Shown: positions 1 to 14,285, counted from the stretch's first letter. The stretch is DNA of 64,000 nt from Eledone cirrhosa (GCA_964016885.1 OZ024758.1:3286001-3350000), one strand, 5' to 3'. Translations and numbers: made by a program. The notes: generated from the sequence alone by a model not told the origin.

Positions 1-213
1 CTATAAATAGAGTATGCTCTTCTTTAATACAGGCTAAATAAGCTGAGATCTATGTGAAGAGACGCACACGCAATTCAAAATTCCGGTCACAAACATTTTA
101 TGGCTGCATCAAAATAATTCATGTAGTTAATATACAGATATATAATATAAACAAAAATGACCAATTGAAATGTCAATTTAAGTAAGTTCTCCATTATCAC
201 ATCGTATACAGAC

Positions 214-314
214 CTGCCAACATCTAAAAACTCAAAAGGGAGATCGCGAAGTAGCAGAGGAATAGTTGACACGTCGTCATATATATCATTACTCATATTC
301 TGAATTTCTCTGAG
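214..314 (-). pseudogene. Exon LREIQNMSNDIYDDVSTIPLLLRDLPFEFLDVG
   Basis: aaacag acceptor, CAG|gtctgt donor, open 101 nt; same strand and order as the DNHD1-like series. Confidence 0.45.
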
Positions 315-458
315 CTGTTTTTAACATGGCATTTTACTATAAGCATGTTTGTTAGAATTTATTAAAAAGAAGGATTTTTTTAAAACAAACAATACTATAG
401 TAAGAACTAACTCTACTAAATGCCCGAGGGAATTTCATATAAAGTAACATTATTATCA

Positions 459-640
459 GGATGGATTGGCAGTATCGGTAGAGGGTCGGACGCCATGCTT
501 TCCAGCATAGTTACGTCCCTTTACCATCTGAGTTCAAATCCCGCCGAGGTTGACTTTGCCTTTCATCCTTACGGGGTCGATAAAATAAAGTACCAGTAAT
601 GCACTGGTAATTGCTGGCCTTGTGCCTAAAGTAGAAACAA
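459..640 (+). mobile_element. tRNA-derived Nin/Deu-domain SINE
   Basis: A box tggcagtatcgg, B box gagttcaaatcc, ctttgcctttcatccttacggggtcgataaaataaagtaccag core; direct repeat attattatcagga at 449-461 and 640-652. Confidence 0.9.
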
Positions 641-1035
641 TTATTATCAGGAATATAGTATATAAATTAGGGTGGTGTCATTCTCTTTAGAATATGTACA
701 ATTTAAAATTAACTGAAAATCTGATGCAATACGTTAGAGTTATCAGTCAAGAATAAAGTAAAGTAACAAATAAATTTCATGAGATTGTGAACAATATTTG
801 ACACGCACACACACACACACACACATTATATATATATATATATATATAATGATATATCTGATATATTCTGATATTAACTGCAATATAAGGATCATTTGAA
901 ATAAACGGGAAATTTATGTTTGAAATCCTAGAGGAAATATCTGATATATGTGCAAACCTTGAACATTTTGCTACCAGAAAATATAACAAGAAAAACATAT
1001 ATCAATACTGTACATTAATATGATTAAATGCGTAC

Positions 1036-1130
1036 ATCAACTTTCATGTAATATTTGAATACATGCATTGTACAGAGCAGTCATTAATTCGTATATACTG
1101 CTATACATATTATTGGTATTTTCCTTCAAC
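1036..1130 (-). pseudogene. DNHD1-like exon remnant LKENTNNMYSSIYELMTALYNACIQILHE
   Basis: tattgcag acceptor, phase 2; one extra A gives TGA just before the gtacgc donor. Confidence 0.45.
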
Positions 1131-1175
1131 CTGCAATATAGGGTAATAGCATATATTATATATATATATATAAAT

Positions 1176-1234
<59 letters not shown>

Positions 1235-1555
1235 CACACTCACACATACATATATTATTTTAAAACTATATATATATATATATACATACATACATACATT
1301 ATTTTAAAACTATATACATATATATACATACATACATACATTATTTTAAAACTATATACATATATATACATACATACATACTTTTAAAAATATATACATA
1401 TATATACATACATACATACAAATATATACATACATATATACATGCAAATATATACATAGATGTATATATGTATATGCTTTCAAAATAATAATATATATAC
1501 ACACACACACAAACAAATTTATACATATATATGTATATACTTTTAAAATAATAAT

Positions 1556-1592
<37 letters not shown>

Positions 1593-2234
1593 TATGGTTG
1601 TATGTGTATGGTGGGATGAGTGCTGGTGTGTGAGTTTATGCACGAGGTCTTGTGTATATATTAGAAATGAGAACACTTGTTTAATCACCATTATCTCATA
1701 AAATATACAACCATGTAATTTCAATTCAGTTTTGATCTTCGTTACAGCAACATTAATTTTTATTTCATATTAAAATGTTAATAACAAAGCGTTGATTAGG
1801 AGATATCGATTTCTAGATGTATCGTCATGCCGATGACATATCTATATGCAGCCACATGATTATACTGCTCATTTAATCGTGTGCTGTTGATTCATACAGG
1901 CGGAGGACAAACCATAACTTAATATAAAATAATTATAAGTTTGTTTTGATTGCTCAACGTAATTTTGTTTCTCTGATGAACGGGTTTGGTTAAAATCATG
2001 GCATATATTCAATAGTCATCATACTTTGCATTGAAATGTACAGTATGTTTTTTTATAAGATAATAAATGATTATAGTGTTCAAAATTATCGTTATCCCAC
2101 TTATTGCAAAAGGATGAAATGAATAAAAGTGTGTATATATTCCGTACACATATACAAAATAACCCTTACATTAATGAATATGGATATTTATCTTTACAAT
2201 GATCTCAATATCTCTGTAAACATGTACATGGGGA

Positions 2235-2620
2235 ATACAAGTTCTTTAACTCCTTAATTCTGTTACAGGTACTGTAGTGTTTTTCTAATATAGGGTGGCA
2301 TGAGTCTCAAAGATATTCACAGACATAAATAACCTGAGATTTAATACAAGTTCTTTAACTCCTTGGTTTTCTTACAGCTATCGTATTTACCGCCATGACA
2401 GAACCTAAATTATTAGTTTCTTTCTAATATATGGTGGCATGTAGTCTATAATATAAGAGATTCACAGACAAATAACCTTGATGTAATACCAATTCTTTAA
2501 ATCCTTAATTCTGTTACAACTACTAAATTTCCCGCCATGCCAGAACCTAACTTTTCTGCTCTCTTTCCAGGATAGGGTGGCATGTAGATTATAGTAGATT
2601 CACAGACAAATAACCTTAGA
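2235..2620. repeat. Diverged tandem repeat, 3 units of ~108-142 bp
   Basis: aatacaagttctttaactcctt...ggtggcatg...ttcacagaca..aataacct at 2235, 2343 and 2485. Confidence 0.9.
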
Positions 2621-2719
2621 TAGCATAATTCCCATATCATCTGATATAAGTCACATGCTTATTTCATAATTATCTAAATTGACCATGCATTATTGAAGGT
2701 TTGTAACGCACTCGATTCA

Positions 2720-2756
<37 letters not shown>

Positions 2757-4004
2757 CATCTGTTAAATTCACCAGAAATAATCTTATATTTCCTTAGAAC
2801 GTTAATCTAATGTATACTAACATTCACACATTAAAACAATTATTCTGTATTTATTCTCCAAACTAAGATAACACAAATGTGCCGTTCAAAATCAAGGTGT
2901 TTTTTACACAAAATATTTCATCTTAAGATTTCTACAATCTATTAATATCTTCCGTATCTTACTTACTGTGGATACCCCCAATTTAACTCGGGAACATGAA
3001 TAGACCACTTATTTTTCTCCAAAAACATTTTTTTCCGATTCCGCCCCGCTCGTCCCTTCAATCTATCTAATTTCTCATTCATTCTTTCGCCCGATACGTT
3101 AGGACCCTTTTTGTGCTATTTTAAGCGTTAAACTAATATATTCCTTCCATATACTGTACCTATTTTGTTGTTATTTCTGTTTGTATGATTTTACATGGAG
3201 AGAATGTTTGCGTGCGTGCGTATATACACACATATATATACTGCAGTTGCAAAATGAAAATGATAAAAAAAAATCTGTTAACCAAATAAATGTCTAATTT
3301 GGTATATATTTAATAAAACATGCATAGTATATATATACTGTATACACGTATATAATATATATACACAATTATATATATATATATATATATATATATTACA
3401 TACTACTGTAAAACGAAGCAAATTTTACCTATCTTTGTTCAGAAAATAAAATTTCTGCCCAAATTGCTTTAGATATGGAAATATTAGAACATTTCCAATA
3501 GAATTATATCTACAGAAAAGATTAAATAAATGTTAAAATTCTGTTATATATTAACGTTAGTACAATATGCGAATATTATCTATATGATTACCATAGGAGG
3601 CTAGGTTGAATGTTTCATAGACTCTCTATGAATGTGTTATGCTACAGGTATGAAATCTTGCATGTATTGATTTCAAATCTTCATATTTATAACTTTGTTT
3701 CATTCCAAGGACTATGTTGAAAACTAAACCTGATTTGGTGATTCCCTGAGAGTATCCTGGTCAGCCTACGAAGGTTTCAATCTATACAGCCTACTCTTAT
3801 ACTAGTTAGAAACTTCTTTTAGATATGTTTATAGAAGTCACATATTAACATTGTAATCTGAATTGCTTTTCTAATGTTTAGATACAAACATTTCCTACAT
3901 TTATTTTGATTGAACCTCTCTAATCAGATTGATATAATGATTAACGTATATCGGTAGCTTTATATATTATAAACATTATTTAGTTATTGAAAATGTTTTT
4001 TGTA

Positions 4005-4571
4005 CTCTCTCCCTCTCTCTCTATATATCTATATATCTATATATCTATATATCTATATATCTATCTATATATCTCTATATCTATATCTATATATATATCT
4101 CTATATCTATATATATATCTCTATATCTATATATATATCTCTATATCTATATATATATCTCTATATCTATATATATATATCTCTATATCTATATATCTCT
4201 ATATCTATATATATATCTCTATATCTATATCTATATATCTATATATCTATCTATATATATCTATATATCTATCTATATATATCTATATCTATATCTATCT
4301 ATATATATCTCTATATCTATCTATCTATATATATCTCTATATATCTATATATCTATCTATATATATATCTCTATATCTATCTATATATATATCTCTATAT
4401 ATCTATATATCTATCTATATATATATATACATATATATATATCTATATCTATATCTCTATATATCTATATTTATATCTATATATCTATATCTATATATAT
4501 CTCTATATATATATCTCTATCTATATATCTCTATATCTATATCTATATATCTATATCTATATCTATATATA
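4005..4571. repeat. (TATATC/TATC)n microsatellite
   Basis: Direct reading. Confidence 0.95.
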
Positions 4572-5529
4572 ATTGTGGCTGCAAACTCTGCTAAGAGTAT
4601 TGCAATCATTTGTCAGATTACAGAGTTTGGTGCATGTGTATGGTACGGCCAGCCACATGAACCTGTAACGTAACATTAGAAACTGTATCCTTTGTGCAAA
4701 ATGAGATATAATGGTGAGAACGCATGTAGCTTAAATGCTTCGACGACAGAAGAAGGATACCTGGTTTATAATTCCTTGGCAAAAGAGATATATCGTGGCA
4801 AGTGAGATATTTTCTCTATTGAAATATATACTCTTTTAAATATAATACGTTAAAACCTGAATGATATAAACGCTTCATGTGGGAAGATACACTTTATTTA
4901 CGAAACAATACCAGTCCTCAGTGTAAACAGTGGAAAAGTATTTAAGAATTTGGGGCCGTCTAATTGTATTGTTTGATTTGACCATATACTATGCATGCGA
5001 AGCTATTTAGATATGTGAGTAATGTTAACATTACAATAAAAACAATCATCTCAGCTGTTTATATAGCGAAATGATTACATTCATAATTCATATCAAAGAT
5101 ATTTCGGGTGAAGCTGGTTTGACAGATTTCTGTAGCTCACTATAGATAGATGAATTAGGTATTGAACAAAATAATTATTTTTAGGAAGTTCTGCAGAATC
5201 AAAGTAGCAGAACAACAGATCCAAATATATGGATTCCTTCGAATGCCATCATTTATAGGAAACAAAACTGAAAATGTATTGTTACGTTTCCGAATATAAA
5301 AAAGAAAATTGCTCCAATTTTATAGAGCAATATATTTGTGTTCGGGTTTAGATTTCTGCGTAAAAGACAATCCTACGTATATAATTATAACAGCCTGCGA
5401 TCAGCATGTGTTTCATCTAACATCTTTCATTTCTGGGTCGGTTGTGAAATTACATTCTTATCATTATTATGGTGTTATATATGACTATTGTGAATCCTCA
5501 TTTCAGAATAATAATATTTATTTTCTAAC

Positions 5530-5624
5530 CGTTGGCATATGATCATAGAACTAGCAGAATTCAATGTTGAGAATATCGTTGATATTTCTCTTGAAATTGA
5601 TGCATTTATCTTCACAGATCCTTT
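5530..5624 (-). pseudogene. DNHD1-like exon KGSVKINASISREISTIFSTLNSASSMIICQR
   Basis: ttttaacatttcag acceptor, gttaga donor, open in phase 0. Confidence 0.5.
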
Positions 5625-6305
5625 CTGAAATGTTAAAAAAAATTAAACGAGAAAAAGCTTCAAATACTATAAATATACATGCGCAAGCTTGCATACGGAA
5701 GCTCATAAAAATCCCGAGCAATCATACTAGCATTTATTAGCTGATCTAGCATAAAAATACAAGCCTATTACAACGCTGAATGCACATAACACTAACCTCC
5801 TCCCTCCTATATATATATAGAGAGATAGATAGATAAGTTATATCAGAGTGAGTAACTGCATCTTCACCAATGTGTGTGAGTGTGGTGTGTATATGTATAT
5901 AACATTGCATCCGTACTCCGTGTTGTATATACACGGAGTGGGTAACCGTGACTTCAGCAATGTGTATATAAATATACACATCTTGAATAGGTTGACATGT
6001 AAACATGCCAAAAAATGGGGATTTGTCTGTAAATGAAAACTAATAAACACATTTTATCGATTTTCGGACCTAATTCCGGCTCTCCAGAGGAACACGTATA
6101 TGATTTGCTCTTTAGTACTATTCTGAAATGGACGTACTATTTCGCATATAATTAGCGCTCGTGTTTGTAGTTAATTATTATATCTATTAAGTGTATTCTA
6201 AGCAGCCGGATTCATTTAAAAGGTGTTTATGATTGTTTTCACTTGATAGGGAAATTCGTATTTGCTCGCTTGATTACATATTGCACATACAAACATATTA
6301 CATTG

Positions 6306-6478
6306 TTGGATTGGTAATATCAGATGCCATGCTTTGCAGCAGAGGGTTATGGCCGTTTATGATCTGAGTTCAAATACCGCCGAGGTTAACTTGCCTTTCA
6401 TCCTTACGGGGTCGATAAAATAAAGTATCAGTAATACACTGGATAATTGCTGGCCTTGTGCCAAAAGTAGAAACTATT
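6306..6478 (+). mobile_element. Nin/Deu-domain SINE
   Basis: Same head, core and gctggccttgtgccaaaagtagaaac tail. Confidence 0.9.
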
Positions 6479-6846
6479 ACACACACACACACACAATTAC
6501 TCAGTCGTATATATCTATGTATTGCAGAGATCATCGCACCTATATATTAATCCTAATGAACAACCGTTGATAGTTCAGAAATGAGGCTTCGGCTTCACTT
6601 ACACCAACACAAATTATTCATGTGTTATGATAACCCTGAAAAATTGAGTAATAATTAAGATCCTACATCTAGCAGGTGTTATATAATCTAAACATTTGTG
6701 AAAGTACACTGTTATTTGTAATTAAAGTTGGATCATAATCAGCTGAAGCAAACGTGCGCCATGAATTGCGTTCTGTACGTTTCTTTTAGAAACTTGTTGA
6801 CGGAAGCTTCTCTGGCAGCCTTCGATAATTATCTCTGACAAATTAC

Positions 6847-6927
6847 CTGTTAACTCACTAATTCTTATGACATATGTAAAAGAAGTTCTATTGCTTCCAA
6901 CACCGACATTTCCATGAATTCGCGCAG
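6847..6927 (-). pseudogene. DNHD1-like exon remnant (81 nt; frame ambiguous)
   Basis: tttcatag acceptor, CAG|gtaatt donor; phase-0 reading LREFMEMSVLEAIELLLHMS* has two TAA, phase-1 reading is open. Confidence 0.5.
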
Positions 6928-7370
6928 CTATGAAATTCATTATTGACTTTAATTATGGAAATTTCGTACAATCATCCCTTTGTATTGTGCCAGATAGACT
7001 TCTCTATCAAATTTTGAAATCAATAGCAAGTACTACCAGTTATTAATAGCTAATATAATCACGAACACGCTACTGTTATGGTAAATTAGATTGAACAAAT
7101 AAGTTGGATGATTGATAACAAGGTGAAATTGGGATGAGATTTTAATTAATCATAAACTTTGGAACATGATTACCGTTAGGAAATTGACCTTTAATGCAAC
7201 ATCTGTCGACATAATACTGACACAATCTTTAGTGATGTGGATGGACGTTCCATTCTCATAAATGCTATTCACCATTATAACTCAGAGAGATGTCTTTTGT
7301 TTTTGGATTAATCTGCATCGAAACTAGTTTGTGAGAATTCACATGCAGATTATTCATGGAGTAATAGTAG

Positions 7371-7641
7371 TGAAAGAGTGAAGAATAACATGGTCGGCTG
7401 TACAAAAAAAGGTTTTATTTACAGTATTAACAATTGTTTCATTGATCAATCGAGTCTAAACGACGCTGATCACTCGATCAGTATTCCAATGATTTGATCA
7501 GAGACACACTGTATTTGAGGTCGAGTGACGTAATTTCGAGTGATTAGCGGCCTTTAGACTCACCTCATCAATGAAACAATTGTTAATATTTTAAATAAAA
7601 CTATTTTTGTACAGCCGACCATGTTATTCTTCACTCTTTCA
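7371..7641. repeat. Long inverted repeat (~105-bp arms)
   Basis: tgaaagagtgaagaataacatggtcggctgtac... / ...gtacagccgaccatgttattcttcactctttca. Confidence 0.95.
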
Positions 7642-7762
7642 ACATACATACATACATACATACATACATACACATACATACATACATACATACATTACAT
7701 ATATACAGAAATGAATATCAAAACTAAAAGTATTTCGTATGTTTAAAATCATAATTTCCTAC

Positions 7763-7817
7763 TTTTCTTGATGGTATAATCCATGATTCTACATATTTTC
7801 AACCGATCCTGTTTGTA
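7763..7817 (-). pseudogene. DNHD1-like exon YKQDRLKICRIMDYTIKK
   Basis: cttgttttctcag acceptor, gtagga donor; RIMDY resembles the RLVDY/RLADY motif of DNHD1, DNAH6 and DNAH14. Confidence 0.55.
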
Positions 7818-8370
7818 CTGAGAAAACAAGAAATATAAAAACAATAATAACTACTCAGTTGTACTAAGATGAGGGAGAAGAAAATTTGATTATCATTTCA
7901 ACACAGGAAATTAATTTAGCTTGTAGCGACATTTGACTTTACGCAATTTTGGCTGAACATATAATAAAACGTATTTGTAGTTAACATTCGCACACCATTC
8001 CAATTCTCACCAATATTTTCGAATATATCTTATTCTGGTTTTCCTTTCATTTCCAGATAGCAAACAAAAACAAGTCACGTGTTTTAATTTTTTGCAGCAA
8101 AAGCTATAATGCTAACTAAGACGTAAATGATCTGAGTTCATGTGAGCCAGTCTTGTTACTATGGTTTATTTATTAAGTATTGGTATTAGGTTTACTTTAG
8201 CTACTAAAAGATATTCTTATTGAGTGTAACACCCTGTTTACACAAGCTGTATATGCCATTTCACCGCATTACTGATATTATTTATTACTTGACCACAGCA
8301 TTCTGCGTAATATACCTATATACTCGAAAATAAGTCGATACAAATATAACCTGACCCAGCTGTTTATGTT

Positions 8371-8484
8371 TTGAGTTCAAATCCCGCCGAGGTTAACTTT
8401 GCCTTTCATCCTTAAGGGGTTGATAAAATATAGTACCACTAATGCACTGGAGTAATTGCTGGTCTTGTGCTAAAAGTAGAACTT
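8371..8484 (+). mobile_element. Nin/Deu-domain SINE, 5' truncated
   Basis: B box, core and tail. Confidence 0.9.
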
Positions 8485-9642
8485 ATTTATGTTTGAGAAA
8501 TGGGTAGAAATCTAAATCTCATTTACGTAGGATTTGATTTATGTGAAACATTTTCAAAATATTGATATCAAATATAAACTGATCCCACCCCACTTCTATC
8601 ATTGATTCTTTTTGTGACATATTTCCTCGACTTACATTCGAATATGTGATTAGAGACACAATTAGATTTCTTTCTAATATACAAACTATATTAAGAAATC
8701 ATTCAGAAGTTTCAAAAGAAAACATGAATCATATAAATATCGTTTTCATCACATACAAAATGTATTTATACAAAAGTTAATGTGCATACATTTCAACCCA
8801 TCCTAAATTTATTTTGAATCACAAATAATATGAAATTGATGTTATGTCCGAGGGCAGATAGGAAATAAAACTAATGACGAAAACGAAACCATACCAATAC
8901 AATAAAAGTATATAATTATTAATGCAATATACCTGTATTTGCAATGAATGTGCCAGGTGTTATCAACACATGTCTATATTGGTACAAACACAATAACCCT
9001 CGTTGAAGTGTTAAAGCTGAGAGCATCAATTAATGTTTGAACAAAGTTTACAAGGTTTCGTATTCCTTCTTAAATTCCAGGTGATGACAATATACAAGAA
9101 ACCTATTCCTTGCCCATACAATGCTGTCAGGTGAAATATAATGGAGGTCTTCCTGTCTATTCAATAACTCCACGTTCCTCAATATGCTGTAGAGGCAAGA
9201 TAACTTTCAATAGCTAAATGGTGTACAAGTCAAACGGCTATATATTTGTCATGTATCCAGTAGTGAGCTCAGCTCAGTTTATGTATATAACAACGGCAAT
9301 AGCTAGCAGGAAAGAATAGGATTAACAGAAGTATATCAACAACAGTGTTTATATGAACTATTATATCAAATGGCTTCGGAAGCCGTTGAATGCGATATTC
9401 ATAACAATTCTCAACAAGTTTAGTCAAGAAGAAACTTTGCCACAGATAATGAAATACAAACCTGCTTACGAATCTAATTCTGGCTATATTCTGCTTACAG
9501 AAAAATTATAGGAATATTGCCAACTTCATTCTATTCTACAGTACAAGTTTACATATACACTTCACTTCTATAATGTGTTCTGTACATACCTATTCATTGC
9601 TGAAAGACAACGAATTAATTTTATATATAAGGTTTATGTCAC

Positions 9643-9804
9643 CTTCTCTAAGAAATGTCCGCTTGACTTTCTTTGTAATTTCTGAATGAAAAATTTTTTA
9701 AAGCGGTAAAATACATGCAAGCCAATCTTACGTAGTTTTAACAGGATATTAAAATTTATTTGAATATATTTGATAAATGTTCTCCAGTGTTGAAAGGCAG
9801 GAGG
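9643..9804 (-). pseudogene. DNHD1-like exon PPAFQHWRTFIKYIQ...KLQRKSSGHFLEK
   Basis: 162 nt fully open, attcag acceptor, AAG|gtgaca donor, phase 0-0. Confidence 0.6.
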
Positions 9805-11086
9805 CTGAATTAATCGCAATTATTGCAGGAGCTGATGGAGTCAAGCTACAACTTAAGCATTCGGCAATCAGTCTCGAATAATGACGTAAGGAATAGGATC
9901 ACGAATACAAGCAGCCGAAACGGTGTTTTTCGAAGGGTCATTAGAGTAACCTTCTTCAATGGAGTTCGTAGCTCAGTGATCAGCGTGTCCCTCTAGGTAG
10001 GGCTGCTATGTCTCCACATTTAGAGAACACAGCTTCGCAAACTTTGGGCATATATTTAAAATATCTCAAGTAAGAATTGGTGGACGGATTTTATGAGCAA
10101 AACCAAACGGTAGGAGAACCAGGGGTAGACACCATGCATGTTTGTTGGATACTATCCATCAGCTAGGCTGGTCTAGCTTGGGGATCCAACCTGAGGAAAA
10201 AGTAGTTTATGCGTATGACATTGTGCGTTTATTTGTGTAAAGTCAAATAAACAACGCTATGCATATTTAGGTGAAGAAGATTCGTTTCTAAATTACCTGG
10301 CAACTAAAAGGAAAGACTTAAACACAAACGTATCAATTACTATAAACATAATTATGTCTTCTAAAAATCGATAAACTATACTTTTTATTAAGTGTCATTA
10401 AAATTATGTTGGTGAATACAGGACCGCTTCTAAAACCCTGTGATTTCGGCTGCATTGAACAATACTTTTATAAATGCTGATAATCTGAACTGGACGGCTT
10501 ATTTAACCTCACCATACGTTATGTCTGTAATACCATGCATCACAATTTCTCACAAAATACGTCTCTTTCGATCTCAGATGAGTGTTTATTTCTATTACGT
10601 GATATGGTAAAAATGGAATATGTTTTTATAGTAATTAGCATAGTAGTCAGACACAGTAATAGATAATAACAATATCAAATTGCAGTATATGGACATGTTT
10701 AAATCTTATATGATGATCGAATTCCGATGATGGATTTATTTCTATTGCACAAAAAAGAGTAGTATAGTAATGAACGTGTTAACTGAAATCGACATTTTAA
10801 TCAAATATATGTACATTACGGGAACCCTGTGAAAATTTGAAACAGATTGTGGGTAGAGAGGAAATCCATATATACTAGGAAAACATATTTTCGCTGTGAT
10901 ATACATTATTACATATATACAGTGTTTTTTGTCATGAAATAAAATAAATATAATTGATATCTTGGCGGAAAAGTTCAAACAGTCATATGTAAAAGTCCTT
11001 AAGTACATATCGATTCTTCATTCCCCTATGTTTTAACAATATTATATTAAGGACATATGGATGTAAGGCAAAGTTAACCTACGGTC

Positions 11087-11209
11087 TTAATTCAAATCAT
11101 GCCGAGGTTTACTTTGCCTTTCATCCTTACGGGGTCGATAAAATAAAATACCAATAATGCACTGGGGCCAAATAATGCTGGCCTTGTGCCGAAAGTGGAA
11201 ACAATTATA
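11087..11209 (+). mobile_element. Nin/Deu-domain SINE, 5' truncated
   Basis: Core and tail. Confidence 0.9.
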
Positions 11210-11283
11210 TTAACAATTATATTATATTGTTAGAAGATAAGGAAATCAACAATCGAATATGTACTTAAGCAGTTTTCTATATG

Positions 11284-11469
11284 ACGGGTTGATTAGCAGT
11301 ATCGGTAGAGAGTCAAATGCCATGCTTCACAGCACAGAATTACGTCCCTCTACGAACTGAGTTCAAATCCCCCTGAGGTTAGCTTTGCCTTTCATAAGGT
11401 CGATAAAATAAAGCACCAGTAATGCACTGGGGTAATTGCTGGCCTTGTGCCAAAAATAGAATCAATATA
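11284..11469 (+). mobile_element. Nin/Deu-domain SINE
   Basis: Head, B box, partly deleted core, tail. Confidence 0.9.
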
Positions 11470-11737
11470 TTAAAAACATATATCCATTGTTAACCTATAT
11501 TTATACATTTCTCAAATGAATGTATGTATATTTGAATATATTCAAACAAATTTTGTTGTAGACGAATGTAGAAAACCTCTTGGTTTTCTACATTTGTTGA
11601 AATACTTTCTGTAACATTCCTTTTCTTTTTATCTCGTACAGACACTATGGATTAATTATACGTTTATTTGCCTAGTTTCCTGCTTAACGATATTCTCATG
11701 CAAGTGTTCTTTAGGCCAGCGGTATCGATTTTTTTAC

Positions 11738-11852
11738 CTCTTACTCTTGCGAATTCAATCTATAAATATTCCAGTTCCAATAGTCATTTGCACTTAGCGA
11801 TAATTCACATAATAATAATTTTAGAAAGATTGTTATAAATAACACCAATGCC
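11738..11852 (-). pseudogene. DNHD1-like exon remnant GIGVIYNNLSK/LLLCELSLSANDYW (frameshifted)
   Basis: tatacag acceptor, GAG|gtaaaa donor; +1 frameshift in an A-run and a TAA near the end. Confidence 0.45.
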
Positions 11853-12711
11853 CTGTATAGATATCGTACACAAGGTAATCAGATAATGACTTCCTGTTCA
11901 GTAAGTGTATTATTGAAATTTAAAATTGATGTAGGCCATTGACCAAATATATTTGAATCAGTTTTAAATAAGTACTTCTCTAACAAACGGACATTCGCAG
12001 CTGATTTCAAAAAAAGAACATAATGGTTATTGCAAGGTTTAACGTTCTAGCGCTGGTACAGCAACACTGTTACGTAAGTCGCTATGCATGTTTAGAGGAT
12101 TCGACTATGTAATAGATATTTGAACCTGTTCTAGTTTTGGATGGAGTGAATACATCAGATACGTAGGAAAGATGCTGAACAGCCAAGAGTACATATTTGC
12201 GTAATTGCAGCTCTGTTTTTAAATAGGAAATTCACGGATGTGTGTTGAAATAACTCCCAGAAACTATACTTATATTTATGTTTTTAGCTGTTGCTCAAAC
12301 AATGATAAACAATGATTGCCAGCTAAATTATTCATAGATATATAAAAATATACTGAAACGAAAACCAAACCAAAGAGTGAATGTGTTTTACTATAATTTC
12401 TGGCAATATTAGAACAACATCAGTCTCCCCAAATATAACATCACATTTTTTTATCTGAATTGGCTGTATCGGTAGATTTAGTCTTTTATCGCCAATTGAA
12501 CCAAGTAAACGTTAACTTTTCCGACATTATCATTTCCTTTGTGCGAGATGCATCTAATGACAGATATAAATATTTTCAATTTTTCTTGTACGGGAATAGT
12601 TGAATTTAACAACGACTACACTAGGTTTTATCAGAGTTATTTTAGGGAATTCAGTTCAGTCTTCTAAATTATTTACAACAATTTATTTCAGGTAAGAAGG
12701 CACTGTGATAC

Positions 12712-12783
12712 AGGAAGCGAAATCATCAATTGCCTACTCAATATCTCATATTTGCTTTCAGTATGTAAAATGTTGTCTTTTGT
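12712..12783 (-). pseudogene. DNHD1-like exon remnant TKDNILHTESKYEILSRQLMISLP
   Basis: 72 nt, phase 0-0, open, ag and gtatca boundaries. Confidence 0.5.
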
Positions 12784-13338
12784 CTAATTTTAATTTCGAA
12801 TTATAATTCTTAAATATATTGATGTGAGCAATATAGAGAAAACATTGCATATTCGTTCCTTATAAATATGACCCATTGTCACATGCAACCTAGACAAAAG
12901 TTTCAACTAGAAATTCTGTTTAGATATGACTACATCCGCGTGTAATATTTTTTATTGGTTATTTCACAATTATAAACATTTCGTCTCATATTTACGTGTG
13001 ATAATTAAGATAATCCGGAAACAAATGTTGTCGAAGATAACGGTAATTTAACGGAGCCCATTTAGCTTGACAGGCTTAAAAAAGTGAAATAATCTATATA
13101 TTTGCGGAGATTTATCATAAGTGATCTTAGATGTGATTGTAGTGGGAGAAATGAATTGGAGCATAAATAGATTGTTTTATTCAATTTTATTGTGTTCGCT
13201 TCCATTTTCAACATCTATTTCCGTTCTTTTTATAATAACATCTCTTTCAATTTCATAGATAGAAACAGTGGAGGAACAGTGGAGGAACAGTGGGGGACAT
13301 GATGTAATCATGATATTGAGAATTTCAGCGAGAAATGC

Positions 13339-13407
13339 AAATTTGAATTATCTCAAAATATGAATTTTGCAAAGCGGAATTGTGCATTGTTGAATGATCA
13401 TAAAAAA
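13339..13407 (-). pseudogene. DNHD1-like exon remnant FFMIIQQCTIPLCKIHILR*FKF
   Basis: ttttatatag acceptor, phase 0; TAA at 13348-13350; no intact GT donor, so the end is approximate. Confidence 0.5.
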
Positions 13408-14244
13408 CTATATAAAATATGTTTGGCGTATATAACAAATAGAAGAAAATATTGAAAATAAAGAAAAGCAATTTAAATTATAGCTAAATCAGAAAAAGAA
13501 TAGAAAGTGTTGTCAGCTTTCAGTTTGATGCAGAGAATATATGACACGAAGTGTGATAGAAATAAAGGTGAATTAAAACATCTATTGACATATGTAGGAA
13601 AAAGTCTAACAAAGTATTAAAACAAGTTGAATATTTATGGATTGAAAGAAGTTGAATAACAATATAAAATGTGATTGCAAATTCATGGTGAAAAACAACA
13701 AAGTATATATACATATTTACGATGGAAACAAAACGAATAGGAAAAAGTGATTCAGAATTGGCAGATCATTATTGATTTTCTAAGAAAAATAATAATGATT
13801 AACTTTTGTAATGCACGTGGAATAAATATATGATAATAAAATACTATACAAATCTCCTAAATCCTAGAAACTAAATGAAGTAGGAATTTTGTAAAATAAG
13901 GCATCAGATATAAATCTGAAATAATAAAATAAAAAAATACCTATATGATCTGTAAACGTGCATTACAAACATTTAATCAAAATAAGGTGATAAGAAAATG
14001 TGGTTATTGAACGTCATGACATCCAGCTACGATCATACCATGCTGCAACTCGTATACAACAACAACAACATTACAATCGTATTGTACTTGATAATAGGGA
14101 ACGAATATGGATTTATATGTGAAGGTAGTGGGAATATATATATTAAGTGCAATTAAATTCCCTGTTGCGCATATTGCCTACCTACATCTCTACAGAAAGG
14201 GGAAATAAAATATAGAAATTGTATAGAATATAGCGAAGACTTAC

Positions 14245-14285
14245 TGTTGATTGGCAGTGTCTTTCATTGCTCCAAGATACTAACG
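14245..14285 (-). pseudogene. DNHD1-like exon remnant ALVSWSNERHCQST
   Basis: cattag acceptor, gtaagt donor, phase 1 to 0; W at the position of DNHD1 TLGTW. Confidence 0.5.

Noticed and set aside
459-545. tRNA genes
   Set aside because: The A/B boxes belong to SINE heads; no full cloverleaf.
9081-9130. Plus-strand 50-nt exon-like segment (ttccag ... CAG|gtgaaa)
   Set aside because: Isolated, with no recognisable peptide or partner exons.
13262-13298. 11-bp tandem (gaacagtggag) x3
   Set aside because: Ordinary short slippage duplication.
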